Shown piece by piece: positions 19,045 to 28,523 of a stretch of 64,000 nt of DNA. The stretch is from Clostridiales bacterium. Its GTDB lineage: Bacteria; Bacillota; Clostridia; Christensenellales; QAND01. The notes under the pieces are model-generated. The model had not been told where the DNA came from. It worked only from the letters and a program-made list of their open reading frames with translations, and made no database searches. The translations under genes were made by a program, and so were the position numbers. The stretch spans positions 8,285 to 72,284 of the forward strand of contig SVGV01000001.1 in NCBI GenBank assembly GCA_015056185.1, given 5' to 3'. How positions within the stretch are numbered: the first letter of the stretch is position 1; each line of letters starts with the position of its first letter.

Positions 19045-20046
19045 ATGGGTACCGAGAGTATTATCTACGGAGCCTTGTTTGTACTTGCCGGAGTGATCCT
19101 GCTTTATGATTGCCTGAGGCACCGTAAAAAAACAGTATGGTTCACTTTGCTTTGTACTGCTGTTTGGGTAGCTAACGGCGGGTACTTTGCACTTTCGTTA
19201 GCAAAAGACCTGAACTTTGCACTCATTGCAAACGCTGTGGCTTATTTGGGCAGCGCATTTTTGCCCGTTGCTATGGTGATGATCATCTCGGAGGCTTGCG
19301 GGATCCGGCTGAAAAAGAGCGTCACGTTTGCTGCTGTCGCAGTGGGCGGATCGGCATTCCTGCTGGCTGCCAGCGGGCCAGTGTTTGGGCTGTATTATCG
19401 CTCGGTCTCGCTGGAAGTGGTAAACGGTGTCAGTCACCTTGTAAAGGTGTATGGGCCGCTTCACCCTGTATACGGTGCATACCTGGCCGTCTCTTTTGGG
19501 GTGATGGTATTCTGCGTCTGGTATAGCTACAAAAGAGATCTGCTGCCTTCGTTGAAATATGCCGCTTTTCTGGCAGCCATTGTGCTGGGGAATTTATGCA
19601 TTTGGGTCATCGGCCAGGTGATCGATGTGGATTTTGAGTTTTTATCCGTTTCCTATACGGTGACTGAGCTGCTTTTGCTGCTGGTAAACAGCCTATTAAA
19701 GGAATTGGACGATGCGGCAGCAAAGGCGCTGACGGAAAACCAACAGCGGTGGGATGATGCTGAGCGCATCCCGGCACAGGCAATGGAACTGCTGAACGAG
19801 TTTGCCGGACGGGCAGCGGCGCTGACGGCGGCGGAACGCAACATCATCCGCCTGTATGGCGAGGGAATGGATGTAAACCAGGTGGCCGAGGAGGCGTTTA
19901 TCAGCATCCATACGGTGCGCAAGCACAATGCCAACATCTATCAAAAGCTCCATGTGGGCTCCCGCGATGAGTTGTTGCTGTATATCGATTTATTTACTCG
20001 CTTTGGGCGTTTGCATGAATTGACGGAACAAAGAAGCGATGGTTAG
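19045..20046 (+). CDS. One-component membrane sensor: 7TM (HisKA_7TM-like) N-terminus plus LuxR-type HTH
   Basis: About 7 TM helices; C-terminal LTAAERNII...ISIHTVRKHNANIYQKLHV. Confidence 0.85.
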   Translation: MGTESIIYGALFVLAGVILLYDCLRHRKKTVWFTLLCTAVWVANGGYFALSLAKDLNFALIANAVAYLGSAFLPVAMVMIISEACGIRLKKSVTFAAVAVGGSAFLLAASGPVFGLYYRSVSLEVVNGVSHLVKVYGPLHPVYGAYLAVSFGVMVFCVWYSYKRDLLPSLKYAAFLAAIVLGNLCIWVIGQVIDVDFEFLSVSYTVTELLLLLVNSLLKELDDAAAKALTENQQRWDDAERIPAQAMELLNEFAGRAAALTAAERNIIRLYGEGMDVNQVAEEAFISIHTVRKHNANIYQKLHVGSRDELLLYIDLFTRFGRLHELTEQRSDG

Positions 20047-20049
20047 GTG

Positions 20050-20078
20050 AAAAGCCCGGCAATCTGCCGGGCTTTTTT
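20050..20078 (+). terminator. Intrinsic terminator
   Basis: AAAAGCCCGGCA-ATC-TGCCGGGCTTTTTT. Confidence 0.88.
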
Positions 20079-20212
20079 AGCATAAAAGCAAAATACTCAA
20101 TGAGATTATTGTAACAAAAGCATTTGCCATGCTAATGTGTAACTACAAAAGTATAAGGATGCAGCAAAGCAGATTGGCTGCACCGGGCATATGATGTTAG
20201 GAGGTCACAAGG

Positions 20213-20746
20213 ATGAAAAAACAGAAACTGTTAGCACTTGCATTGGCCCTTTTGATGCTGTGCCTGCTGACCGCATGCGGTGGCGGCGGTGGAGAAGTGA
20301 AGGGCGAGATGGTGGATGCCGGCAACGTAAAAGGTCTGCTGCCTGATGGCTGGAAGTTCTACCCTGCGCTGGATATTTGGGCGGATGACCCGGAAGCAAC
20401 CGACCCCAATGCGCTGCGGTTCTATAAAGGCGCTGAAGACGAGTGGGATGTGCTGAGCTGCCCCGCTGTGAATGTTGATTTTTATTCTTCCGACATTACG
20501 ATGCTGACCCCCGACCCCTCCTGGTATCAGGAATCTGAGGACATTGAAGCATTTGAACTGGGCGGGAAGAGTTGGGAAGGATTCTCCTGCAAGAGCATGG
20601 GCACCCCTATGATCATCCTGTGGTCCAAGGATGCTGACGGCAACCAGTACCAGGTGAGTATTGTGACCGAAATGCAAAAGGGTTCCATCAAGCTGGAGGA
20701 TGCTGAAGTACAGGCCATTATTGAAAGCCTGGAGGCCAGCAAATAA
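20213..20746 (+). CDS. Hypothetical lipoprotein
   Basis: Lipobox LTAC followed by GGGGG; AGGAGG RBS. Confidence 0.8.
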   Translation: MKKQKLLALALALLMLCLLTACGGGGGEVKGEMVDAGNVKGLLPDGWKFYPALDIWADDPEATDPNALRFYKGAEDEWDVLSCPAVNVDFYSSDITMLTPDPSWYQESEDIEAFELGGKSWEGFSCKSMGTPMIILWSKDADGNQYQVSIVTEMQKGSIKLEDAEVQAIIESLEASK

Positions 20747-20832
20747 GTTAAAACCGATTTTGACCCCGATGGCAGCAGCGATCGGGGTCCTTTGGCTTTA
20801 AAGAAAACCATTAAAAAAGGAGGCAGATACGG

Positions 20833-21624
20833 TTGTCCAACATTGATAACGCCATAAAACTGTATGATTTGATGGCGAAACGGTTAGATGAAAGCGGCTT
20901 TGCGCCCCATCAGGCTAAAGTGTACGCCGAGATGGTAGAGTTTATGGCCGATTGCCCCACGGCGGAAGATGCTATGGTGAAGATCAAAAACTCGCCCTAC
21001 TACCTGGCCCCCAGCGTGGCTTTGGTGAAGGACAAGATCGAGGCGAAGGCAAAGGCTGCAAGGGAGATGGAATTGCCTGCCCTGGAACAGGTCTACCTGA
21101 ATAAATTAAAGGAGATCGAAGGGGATGAGGGGGCCATTTACGACAGTGCCTATGAGAGGACGGCACAGAACATCCGTATTAAAGATGTGCAGCAAAAAGA
21201 GGCGTTTCTGGCGGTGTTTATGGCCTATGTGGATCTGATGGGCTGCTCCATCCAGCCGGAAGAGGTCAATGACAAGCAGAAAGCCCTTGCGGACGCTTTT
21301 GGCGAGCTGGAGAAACTGGGGGCAGACTTTGGCGCCCTTGCAAAACAGCCCACTGTGCGGCGGCTTGTGCCTGTCAGCGATGATGTTTTTAGCCGTTTTA
21401 CAAAGGAAGCGCTGGAGCTGAGAGCATCCCTTGCCGGCGTCCCCGTTGGGCTGGATGAAGGCCCTATGCAGGAAGAATGGAAGCGGCTGATGGAGAAAAA
21501 AGACGCCATCCAAGCACTGGGCAGAGAATGTTTGCCCAATGTGGGGTTTGCGGAGTGCCTGGTGATCCCCCCGAGCGACGCAAACGGCGTGTACACCTAC
21601 GGCTATGAAGAAAGGGAGGCATAA
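20833..21624 (+). CDS. Hypothetical alpha-helical protein
   Basis: TTG start with AGGAGG RBS; host-like codon use; no recognised motif. Confidence 0.8.
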   Translation: MSNIDNAIKLYDLMAKRLDESGFAPHQAKVYAEMVEFMADCPTAEDAMVKIKNSPYYLAPSVALVKDKIEAKAKAAREMELPALEQVYLNKLKEIEGDEGAIYDSAYERTAQNIRIKDVQQKEAFLAVFMAYVDLMGCSIQPEEVNDKQKALADAFGELEKLGADFGALAKQPTVRRLVPVSDDVFSRFTKEALELRASLAGVPVGLDEGPMQEEWKRLMEKKDAIQALGRECLPNVGFAECLVIPPSDANGVYTYGYEEREA

Positions 21625-21626
21625 AG

Positions 21627-22907
21627 ATGGATCCTATCATTCAATCTATGATCACGGGGTACCTCAGCGCTTTTGATGCCTATGAGATCAAAAACGATGC
21701 CACCAAAGCCCAGGTGGAACAATGGAAGCAGGAATTGACCGCCCTTGCTAACAGCACCGGTGATGTTGGCGCTTTTAACACCAAGTTTATGGAATCCGGC
21801 TTGCAGGAGCGGTATATGAGCCTGGTCACTCAGGTGGCCATGGCCAGCATGCAGCAGAGTGCCCCTGCAGAGCAGGAGGCATCGGCAGTGCAGCCCCTGC
21901 CCAGCGTCAAACAGTTTTTGGCCCAGTATGAGATGGGATACCAGGAGGTGAAAAAGGCCGGTTACCGCAAACGGGGCGAAAAAGCCTATGAGGATCTGTT
22001 TGCTGTGGCGGACCGCACCGATGATATGCTACAAGCCCAGATCATCCTGGAAGAAGAACGGCATTTGTGGAAGATCGTGGCGGAGGACTCGCTGGACATT
22101 TACGAGACCATCTATGAGGCCATGGACCCCTTGTACCGCATGGTGACGGAACCCTTAAAGCTGCATATGGACGCCTACAAAGAATCCAGCGGGGATGAGG
22201 AATTGACCTACAAGCTGGAGAAACTGGAGGATGAGAAGCTGCGCATCCGTACGGAAGGCGGTGTGCAGGTGCAGCTGGCAGGGCAGTTGGCTGTATTCTT
22301 GCTGGGATATTTCAAAGCCAGGATCATGGTTTGGGAATGGGAAAGCGATAAGAGCGCTTCCAGCGGCTATGCAGGCATGGTATCCAACAGGGCATCCATC
22401 CGCCGGATGCTGGAGAATATGAAGGCTCTCTTTGGGCTTACCTGGCAGGATCTTTTGAAGGATGAAAGCACCAAGATCTGGATGCTCTCTCCCCGCAATG
22501 TAGATGCCTTTGGACGCATCAAGGCGGCCATGGTACCGGGCAACTTTGAGGTCTATGCGGATCTGTTGGAAAATGAGATCTTAACGGATAAGACCATGGA
22601 GGAGATCATCTTCCGCAAACCGCCAAAGTACATGAGCTTTGTGCTGAACGCAGGCCATGACCGCTATGCGGAAAGGGCGGAGAAGATCGCTGAGGAACTG
22701 AATAAGGACATCGCCTATTTTAAATACATGAGTCAGCTTAGTGATGTAGCTGATGCCTACGCCCCCAAGAAGCAGCCCGAAAAGAAAAAGGAGAATGGCT
22801 TGGGCGGGATGTTTGGGCAGGAAGCACCCAAGGCGGCCCCCGCACAGCAAAAAGGTGCCGAAAGCGGCAAAGGCGGCGGCTGGCTGAAACGGATGAAGTT
22901 GAGATGA
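21627..22907 (+). CDS. Hypothetical alpha-helical protein
   Basis: Starts 2 nt after previous stop; terminator at 22914-22943; no recognised motif. Confidence 0.85.
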   Translation: MDPIIQSMITGYLSAFDAYEIKNDATKAQVEQWKQELTALANSTGDVGAFNTKFMESGLQERYMSLVTQVAMASMQQSAPAEQEASAVQPLPSVKQFLAQYEMGYQEVKKAGYRKRGEKAYEDLFAVADRTDDMLQAQIILEEERHLWKIVAEDSLDIYETIYEAMDPLYRMVTEPLKLHMDAYKESSGDEELTYKLEKLEDEKLRIRTEGGVQVQLAGQLAVFLLGYFKARIMVWEWESDKSASSGYAGMVSNRASIRRMLENMKALFGLTWQDLLKDESTKIWMLSPRNVDAFGRIKAAMVPGNFEVYADLLENEILTDKTMEEIIFRKPPKYMSFVLNAGHDRYAERAEKIAEELNKDIAYFKYMSQLSDVADAYAPKKQPEKKKENGLGGMFGQEAPKAAPAQQKGAESGKGGGWLKRMKLR

Positions 22908-22941
22908 CGCAATAAAAAAAGAGCCCTGATGGGCTCTTTTT

Positions 22942-23424
22942 TTATTGGTGTAAGATGGTGCCGGGCACAGTGTGGATGGCGATGAGGCCGATCAGAACGC
23001 CGGCTGCACCCTGGATGCAGTTGAACAGGGCGGAGGACAGGGCGGCTTCAAAGCCGTACAAAACGGCCTCAAACACCAGATAGCCTAAGACCATAAACCC
23101 TTCCAGCAATAGCAGCAGAAGGAGTTTGGAGAGGAAAGCGGGCCTTTTCTTTAAGAGGAAATAGCCTGCCGCAGCCCCCATGATGCCCTTTATCGCAAAG
23201 GTGACGGGGGCGTACAGGGTATACCCTGCAAGAAGATCCGCAAGGGCACTGCCAACACCGGCACACAGGCCTGCGTAGGGGCCTAAAACAGCGGATGAAA
23301 GGAAGATGACTCCATCCCCCAAATGGATGTAGCCTAAGGTGGTGGGGAATTTTAAATATGCCGTGGATACCATGATGAGTGCAGCGAAGAGTCCGCTGTA
23401 AGTAAGACGCTTTGCATGATTCAT
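22942..23424 (-). CDS. ECF transporter S component
   Basis: GYIHLGD, GVGSALADLLAGY, TFAIKG. Confidence 0.92.
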   Translation of the reverse strand: MNHAKRLTYSGLFAALIMVSTAYLKFPTTLGYIHLGDGVIFLSSAVLGPYAGLCAGVGSALADLLAGYTLYAPVTFAIKGIMGAAAGYFLLKKRPAFLSKLLLLLLLEGFMVLGYLVFEAVLYGFEAALSSALFNCIQGAAGVLIGLIAIHTVPGTILHQ

Positions 23425-23442
23425 CTCATCGCCTCCTTTTGA

Positions 23443-24009
23443 TCAAAGAACGCCCAGATGCTCTAACAGGATCTTCAACCCAATGAGGATGAGGACGATG
23501 CCGCCTAAAATGACGGCCTTTTTTTGAAACGCGCAGCCCAGCCGTTTGCCGAAGTATACGCCCATGTAGCAAAGAGAAAAGGTAACAACCCCGATGATGG
23601 CGGCACTGAGCCAGATATCTGCCGAGACGGCTGCAAAGCCGATGCCCACCGCCAATGCATCGATGCTGGTGGCGATGGCTAAAAGGGTCATGGGGCCTAA
23701 TGCAAAGGCATCGGTACGGACGGCGCAGTCGTCATCACTGCGGATGCCATCCATCAGCATTTTACCCCCTACGAAGCCCAATAAAAGGAACACCACATAA
23801 TGGTCAATATGCTGGATGTAGGCCACCACCGTCATGCCGGCAAAATAGCCCAGTAAAGGCATAATGGCCTGGGAAAGGCCAAAGGCCAGCCCCATGCGCA
23901 GGGCCTTGGGGGCGAGGGGGTCTTTTGCGGTGATACCGCTGCTGACGGACACCGCAAAGGCATCCATGGAAAGGCCTACCGCCGTTGCCAATATGGTGAA
24001 AAGGTCCAT
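23443..24009 (-). CDS. mntP: Manganese efflux pump
   Basis: LSMDAFAVSV, FGLSQAIMP, LAIATSIDALAVG. Confidence 0.92.
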   Translation of the reverse strand: MDLFTILATAVGLSMDAFAVSVSSGITAKDPLAPKALRMGLAFGLSQAIMPLLGYFAGMTVVAYIQHIDHYVVFLLLGFVGGKMLMDGIRSDDDCAVRTDAFALGPMTLLAIATSIDALAVGIGFAAVSADIWLSAAIIGVVTFSLCYMGVYFGKRLGCAFQKKAVILGGIVLILIGLKILLEHLGVL

Positions 24010-24152
24010 CGGGTACTCCTTGTTAATAAGTTACGCCTATACTACTCTTTTACATTTTGGTTGTCAATTTTGAAAACGTGCAAAATTACTATTTACAAAG
24101 AGAACAAATTAGGTATAATCAAAAGTGTATCAAATGAGACGAGGCATAGACT

Positions 24153-24791
24153 GTGGAACAACGACTGCATTGTTTGAAAATGTGTGCCCTCTGGGAGGGA
24201 ACGAAAGAGGAATACATGAATTGGGTGGCCGAGCGCTGTGAAGAGCAGACATACCGCCCGGGGGAGATCATTTGCAGCAAGAGTCGGTTTGCTACTGGAA
24301 TCAGCATGATTTTGAGCGGAAAAGCCTACACCAGTAAGAGTTCCATCGAGGGCAGAAAGATGCCCATGAGTGCTTTGAACTATGGAGATATCTTTGGAGC
24401 GGTGACGTTGTTTGGCGGCTCCACCCATTTTGAAACGGATATTTATGCCGGACCCCAGGGATGCACCGTGTTGTTTTTAAAGAAAGACCATGTGCTGGAG
24501 ATCATGCACTATGATTTTCGTATTGCAGAAAACTACATGGGGTATCTTTGCTCCAGAGTGCGGTTTTTGAGCAGCAGGGTGGATGCCCTTGTGGGGGTTG
24601 ACGGCAAAAGCAAGCTCCTTTCCTACCTATACCACAATGCCGATGAAGAGGGCAGGGTGGAAGTAAAGGGCAGCAAAGGGGAATTGGCAGCGAAGCTTTC
24701 CATCTCCCGGGCGACGCTTTACCGGGCGATGGACTCTTTGGAAGAAGAGGGAAGCATCCGCCGGGAAGGAAAAGATATTTGGCTGCTGTAA
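24153..24791 (+). CDS. Crp/Fnr-family transcriptional regulator
   Basis: cNMP-binding-like GDIFGAVTLF; C-terminal HTH LAAKLSISRATLYR. Confidence 0.9.
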   Translation: MEQRLHCLKMCALWEGTKEEYMNWVAERCEEQTYRPGEIICSKSRFATGISMILSGKAYTSKSSIEGRKMPMSALNYGDIFGAVTLFGGSTHFETDIYAGPQGCTVLFLKKDHVLEIMHYDFRIAENYMGYLCSRVRFLSSRVDALVGVDGKSKLLSYLYHNADEEGRVEVKGSKGELAAKLSISRATLYRAMDSLEEEGSIRREGKDIWLL

Positions 24792-24827
24792 GCAGTGAAT
24801 AAAAGAATTAATTTAGGAGGATCTACG

Positions 24828-25790
24828 ATGAAACTGACGAAGAAATTTGCCCTTGTTTTAGCGGCCATTCTGGTTATGATGGCAGTGCTGACCGGCTGCG
24901 GCGGCGCAGAAAAAGCCTCGACCGAAGGCTTGACCATCGGCGTATTGAAGGGCCCCACTGCCCTTGGCGCTGTGAAGATCATTGACAACAAAGATGCCTA
25001 TGCCGGGGTGGAGATCATTGCTGCGCCGGAAGATATGTCTGCAAAGTTCATTAAGGGCGAAGTGGACATTGCTGCCGTACCCACCAACCTGGCCGGTGTT
25101 CTTTACAACAGGACCGAAGGCAAGGCAAAGGTGATCGCCATCAACACCCTTGGTGTGTTGTACATCCTGAGCAGCGATGAGAACGTGAAAACCATGGAAG
25201 ACCTCAGGGGCAAGACCATCGTGACCAGCGGCAAAGGCTCTGCACCGGAGTACATTTTGAATGATCTTTTGAACAAAAACGGCCTGACCCCCGGCGAAGA
25301 TGTTACCGTTGATTACCGCAGCGAGCATTCTGAAGTGGCCTCTTTGGCTGTTGCCGGCAAGGCAGATGTGATCATGGTGCCTGAACCCTTTGTAACCTCC
25401 ATCACCGCCAAGAGCGAAGCCATGAAGGTAGCCGTAAACATGACGGAAGCCTGGAAAGCGGTAAACGGGGATGTGCCCCTTGTTATGGGCTGCCTCATCG
25501 CCGGAGCTGATGTGGAAGATGCTGTTATCGATGCCTTCCTTACGGAATACGAAGCTTCCATCAAATTTGCCAATGAGAGCATCGATGAGACCGCTGCCAT
25601 CATCGGCGAAGCGGGGATTATGGATGCCGGTGTGGTAAAGAAGGCCCTGCCCCGCTGCAACATCGTTTACCTGGACGGCGCTGAAATGAAGAGCGCAATG
25701 GAGACCTTCCTGACTGCTTTGCACGAAGCCAACCCCAAATCCGTAGGCGGCAAGCTGCCCGGTGCTGACTTCTACTATGGCGCAGAATAA
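24828..25790 (+). CDS. ABC transporter substrate-binding lipoprotein (NitT/TauT/SsuA type)
   Basis: Lipobox LTGC; KGPTALG, DIAAVPTN, INTLGVLY, PEPFVT. Confidence 0.88.
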   Translation: MKLTKKFALVLAAILVMMAVLTGCGGAEKASTEGLTIGVLKGPTALGAVKIIDNKDAYAGVEIIAAPEDMSAKFIKGEVDIAAVPTNLAGVLYNRTEGKAKVIAINTLGVLYILSSDENVKTMEDLRGKTIVTSGKGSAPEYILNDLLNKNGLTPGEDVTVDYRSEHSEVASLAVAGKADVIMVPEPFVTSITAKSEAMKVAVNMTEAWKAVNGDVPLVMGCLIAGADVEDAVIDAFLTEYEASIKFANESIDETAAIIGEAGIMDAGVVKKALPRCNIVYLDGAEMKSAMETFLTALHEANPKSVGGKLPGADFYYGAE

Positions 25791-26520
25791 GGAAAAGATT
25801 TGGCATAAACTCTTAAAATGGGCTGTCGTGGCGGCGATCTGGATCGCCGCCTGGCAGCTTTTATGCTCTTTTGTGGGTCATGAGGTGCTGCTGCCTTCTC
25901 CCATGCGGACGTTTACCCGGCTGCTTGAGCTGATGGGCGAGGTGAGCTTTTACAGAGCCATCGGCGAGACCTGTTTAAGGGTGGTAACCGGCTTTTTGAT
26001 CGGCGCCCTATTAGGGCTGATGCTGGGTGTGGGGTGCAGTTTTTCTTACTATGTAAAAGCGGTGTTCAGTCCCTTTATTGCAGTGGTGCGCAGTACGCCC
26101 TTTGCATCCTTCATCATCCTGGCGCTGTTGTGGCTGAAGACCGGCTATGTGCCCGTTTTGACCGCCGCCATTATGACCACGCCCATCGTTTATGAGGGCA
26201 TCTGCCAGGGGATAGGAGGGGTGGACAAAGGGATGCTGGATATGGCACGGCTGTATGATTACCGCCCTTATGATACGGTACGCTATATTTGGGTGCCCCA
26301 GGTAAAACCGTATTTTGTGGCCGGGGCGGCATCCTCTTTGGGGTTATCCTTTAAAGCTGCGGTGGCGGCAGAGGTCATCGCCAACCCTCAATATGCCATC
26401 GGTGCTATGCTTTCTGACGCCAAGGTATATTTGGAAACGGCGGATCTGTTTGCGGTGACGGCGGCGCTGATCATCATGAGTGTGCTCATCGAAAAGGCGT
26501 TAAGGAGGCTGGTGAAATGA
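25777..26520 (+). CDS. ABC transporter permease (NitT/TauT type)
   Basis: LLPSP, RSTPFASFIILAL, AAVAAEVI. Confidence 0.9.
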   Translation: MAQNKEKIWHKLLKWAVVAAIWIAAWQLLCSFVGHEVLLPSPMRTFTRLLELMGEVSFYRAIGETCLRVVTGFLIGALLGLMLGVGCSFSYYVKAVFSPFIAVVRSTPFASFIILALLWLKTGYVPVLTAAIMTTPIVYEGICQGIGGVDKGMLDMARLYDYRPYDTVRYIWVPQVKPYFVAGAASSLGLSFKAAVAAEVIANPQYAIGAMLSDAKVYLETADLFAVTAALIIMSVLIEKALRRLVK

Positions 26521-27101
26521 CCATGATCCGGTTTACCGACGTAACAAAAGCCTTTGAAGGCAGAGAGGTGTTAAAAAGCCTGAACCTGACCGTAGCGCCG
26601 GGAGAGATCGTGGTGCTGATGGGGCCATCGGGCTGCGGGAAGACCACGGTATTAAATATCGCGGCGGGGATCTTAAAGCCGGATGGCGGTACGGTGACGG
26701 ACCTTAGCCAGAAACGGATGACCTACCTGTTTGCGGAGAACCGGCTGATCCCCCACATCGGTGCGGTGGCAAATCTGCTGGCGGTGATGAAGGAACAGAA
26801 CGAGAAGCGGGCAAGGGAGATCCTGCTCAGTTTGGAGTTGGATGAAGATGCTTTTACCCGCCCTGTGAGCGAATTGAGCTTCGGTATGGCCCGCCGGGTG
26901 GCCATTGCACGGGCCATGGCCCACGATGGGGAGATCGTGCTCTACGACGAACCCGTCTACGGCCTGGATGAGACCACGAGAAAGATGGTCATCCACCGGA
27001 TGAAGGACCACTTAAAAGGGAAGACGGGGATCATTGTGACCCATGAAGAGGATGTGGCGGCTTCCCTGGGGGACCGCATCATACAGTTTGCAGAGTTATA
27101 A
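26517..27101 (+). CDS. ABC transporter ATP-binding protein
   Basis: Walker A GPSGCGKTT, LSFGMARR signature variant, LYDEP. Confidence 0.9.
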   Translation: MTMIRFTDVTKAFEGREVLKSLNLTVAPGEIVVLMGPSGCGKTTVLNIAAGILKPDGGTVTDLSQKRMTYLFAENRLIPHIGAVANLLAVMKEQNEKRAREILLSLELDEDAFTRPVSELSFGMARRVAIARAMAHDGEIVLYDEPVYGLDETTRKMVIHRMKDHLKGKTGIIVTHEEDVAASLGDRIIQFAEL

Positions 27102-27102
27102 C

Positions 27103-27137
27103 AAAAACCCCTTACGGGATTCGTAAGGGGTTTTTTT
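27103..27137 (+). terminator. Intrinsic terminator
   Basis: AAAAACCCCTTACG-GGATT-CGTAAGGGGTTTTTTT. Confidence 0.9.
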
Positions 27138-27147
27138 ATATGGGGAT

Positions 27148-27176
27148 GTATGGGCTTTATGGGATTGGGCATGCTA
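27148..27176 (+). promoter_or_regulatory. Putative sigG-type promoter
   Basis: GTATG-N17-CATGCTA just upstream of GAGGTG RBS. Confidence 0.5.
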
Positions 27177-27192
27177 ATTTTGAGGTGATGAT

Positions 27193-27357
27193 ATGCCCAG
27201 AGACCATTATATTTTTCACCCTGATTTGAGGGATTATTTTTTATCCCTCCCGGCGCCGGTGCAGAATGCGGTGATCGATTCCAGGCTGGAGATCGGAACC
27301 TTAGGGGAATTGCAGATGTGGGCGGAACATTACATGAAAAGCCACCCGGCGCGCTAA
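27193..27357 (+). CDS. Small hypothetical protein, 54 aa (MPRDHYIFHPDLRDYFLSLPAPVQNAVIDSRLEIGTLGELQMWAEHYMKSHPAR)
   Basis: GAGGTG RBS, fills the whole intergenic gap, plausible helical composition; below ORF-track cutoff. Confidence 0.7.
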   Translation: MPRDHYIFHPDLRDYFLSLPAPVQNAVIDSRLEIGTLGELQMWAEHYMKSHPAR

Positions 27358-27378
27358 GCCGGGAGAAAGGAGCAGGGA

Positions 27379-27567
27379 ATGAGAGCAAAAGTAAACAAGA
27401 GCGGGTGCATCAGCTGCGGGCTGTGCGTGAACATGTGCCCCGATGTCTTTGCCTTTGGAGAGGACGGAAAGGCGGAAAGCGTGGTGAAGGAGATCCCCTC
27501 TGCCATGGAAAAGGGCGCATTAGAGGCACGGGATGCATGCCCCGTAAGCGTCATCGATATTGGGTAA
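27379..27567 (+). CDS. Single-cluster ferredoxin
   Basis: CISCGLCVNMCPDVF...ACPVSVI. Confidence 0.93.
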   Translation: MRAKVNKSGCISCGLCVNMCPDVFAFGEDGKAESVVKEIPSAMEKGALEARDACPVSVIDIG

Positions 27568-27783
27568 GGAGCGGCTTTGCCGCTCTTTTTTTGTGCGGTG
27601 AAGGAAGAAAAAGCCAGATCCAGCGGTAAAGCGAGGGGATTAGAAGAAAAAGAAAAATCGGGGAAAAAAGAAGAAAACAGAGCGGAATCAAGGGGAAATC
27701 GGCATTGAGTTTTACTGGAAAATCAGCGTATAATGTTTGTGAAAAAGGTGTCAAAACGGCCTTTTTCAGGAGGATTAAGAAAG

Positions 27784-28521
27784 ATGATTTGTTTGGAAAA
27801 CCTGAGCAAGAATTACGCCAAAAGCGACGTGTTTGCGGTGGATCACATTGACCTGCATGTAAAGCGGGGCGAGGTGTTTGGGTTTATTGGCCCCAACGGT
27901 GCCGGCAAAACGACCACCATTAAGATGTTGACGGGCATTTTGCCCCCCACGGAAGGGAACATCTTTATTGATGGGGTGGATCTGCGCAAAGACCCTGTGG
28001 CTGCCAAAAGCAGGATGGGCTATGCGCCGGACAGCAGCGAGGTTTATGATCGTTTAACGGGTATTGAATACTTGAACTTTATTGCGGATATCTATGGCGT
28101 CAGCAAAACGGACCGCAAAGAGCGGATGGAAAAATACCTGAAGATGTTTGAGATCGAAAAGGCGGTGGGCAGCCAGATCAAATCCTTTTCTCATGGGATG
28201 AAGCAGAAGCTGACGCTGACGGGGGTGCTCATTCACGACCCCATGGTGTGGATCATGGATGAACCCATGGTGGGTCTGGACCCCAGAAGCGCACATCTGC
28301 TGAAGGAAGAGATGCGCGCCCATGTGGAAAAGGGCAATACGGTGTTCTTTTCCACCCACGTGCTGGAAGTGGCGGAAAAACTGTGTGACCGTATTGCCAT
28401 CATCAACAAAGGTAAGATCATTGCGGTGGGCACCCTTGATGAGCTGCGGGCCGGCAGGGATGCATCCCTTGAGAGCTTGTTCCTGGAATTGACCGATAAG
28501 GGCGAAGGCTACGAGGGGTAA
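27784..28521 (+). CDS. ABC-2 type transporter ATP-binding protein
   Basis: GPNGAGKTT, FSHGMKQK, DEPMVGLDP, STH. Confidence 0.95.
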   Translation: MICLENLSKNYAKSDVFAVDHIDLHVKRGEVFGFIGPNGAGKTTTIKMLTGILPPTEGNIFIDGVDLRKDPVAAKSRMGYAPDSSEVYDRLTGIEYLNFIADIYGVSKTDRKERMEKYLKMFEIEKAVGSQIKSFSHGMKQKLTLTGVLIHDPMVWIMDEPMVGLDPRSAHLLKEEMRAHVEKGNTVFFSTHVLEVAEKLCDRIAIINKGKIIAVGTLDELRAGRDASLESLFLELTDKGEGYEG

Positions 28522-28523
28522 CC

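Noticed and set aside
24009-24070. yybP-ykoY Mn riboswitch before mntP
   Set aside because: A TTGACA-N17-TAGTAT promoter sits about 25 nt from the RBS, leaving no room for an aptamer.
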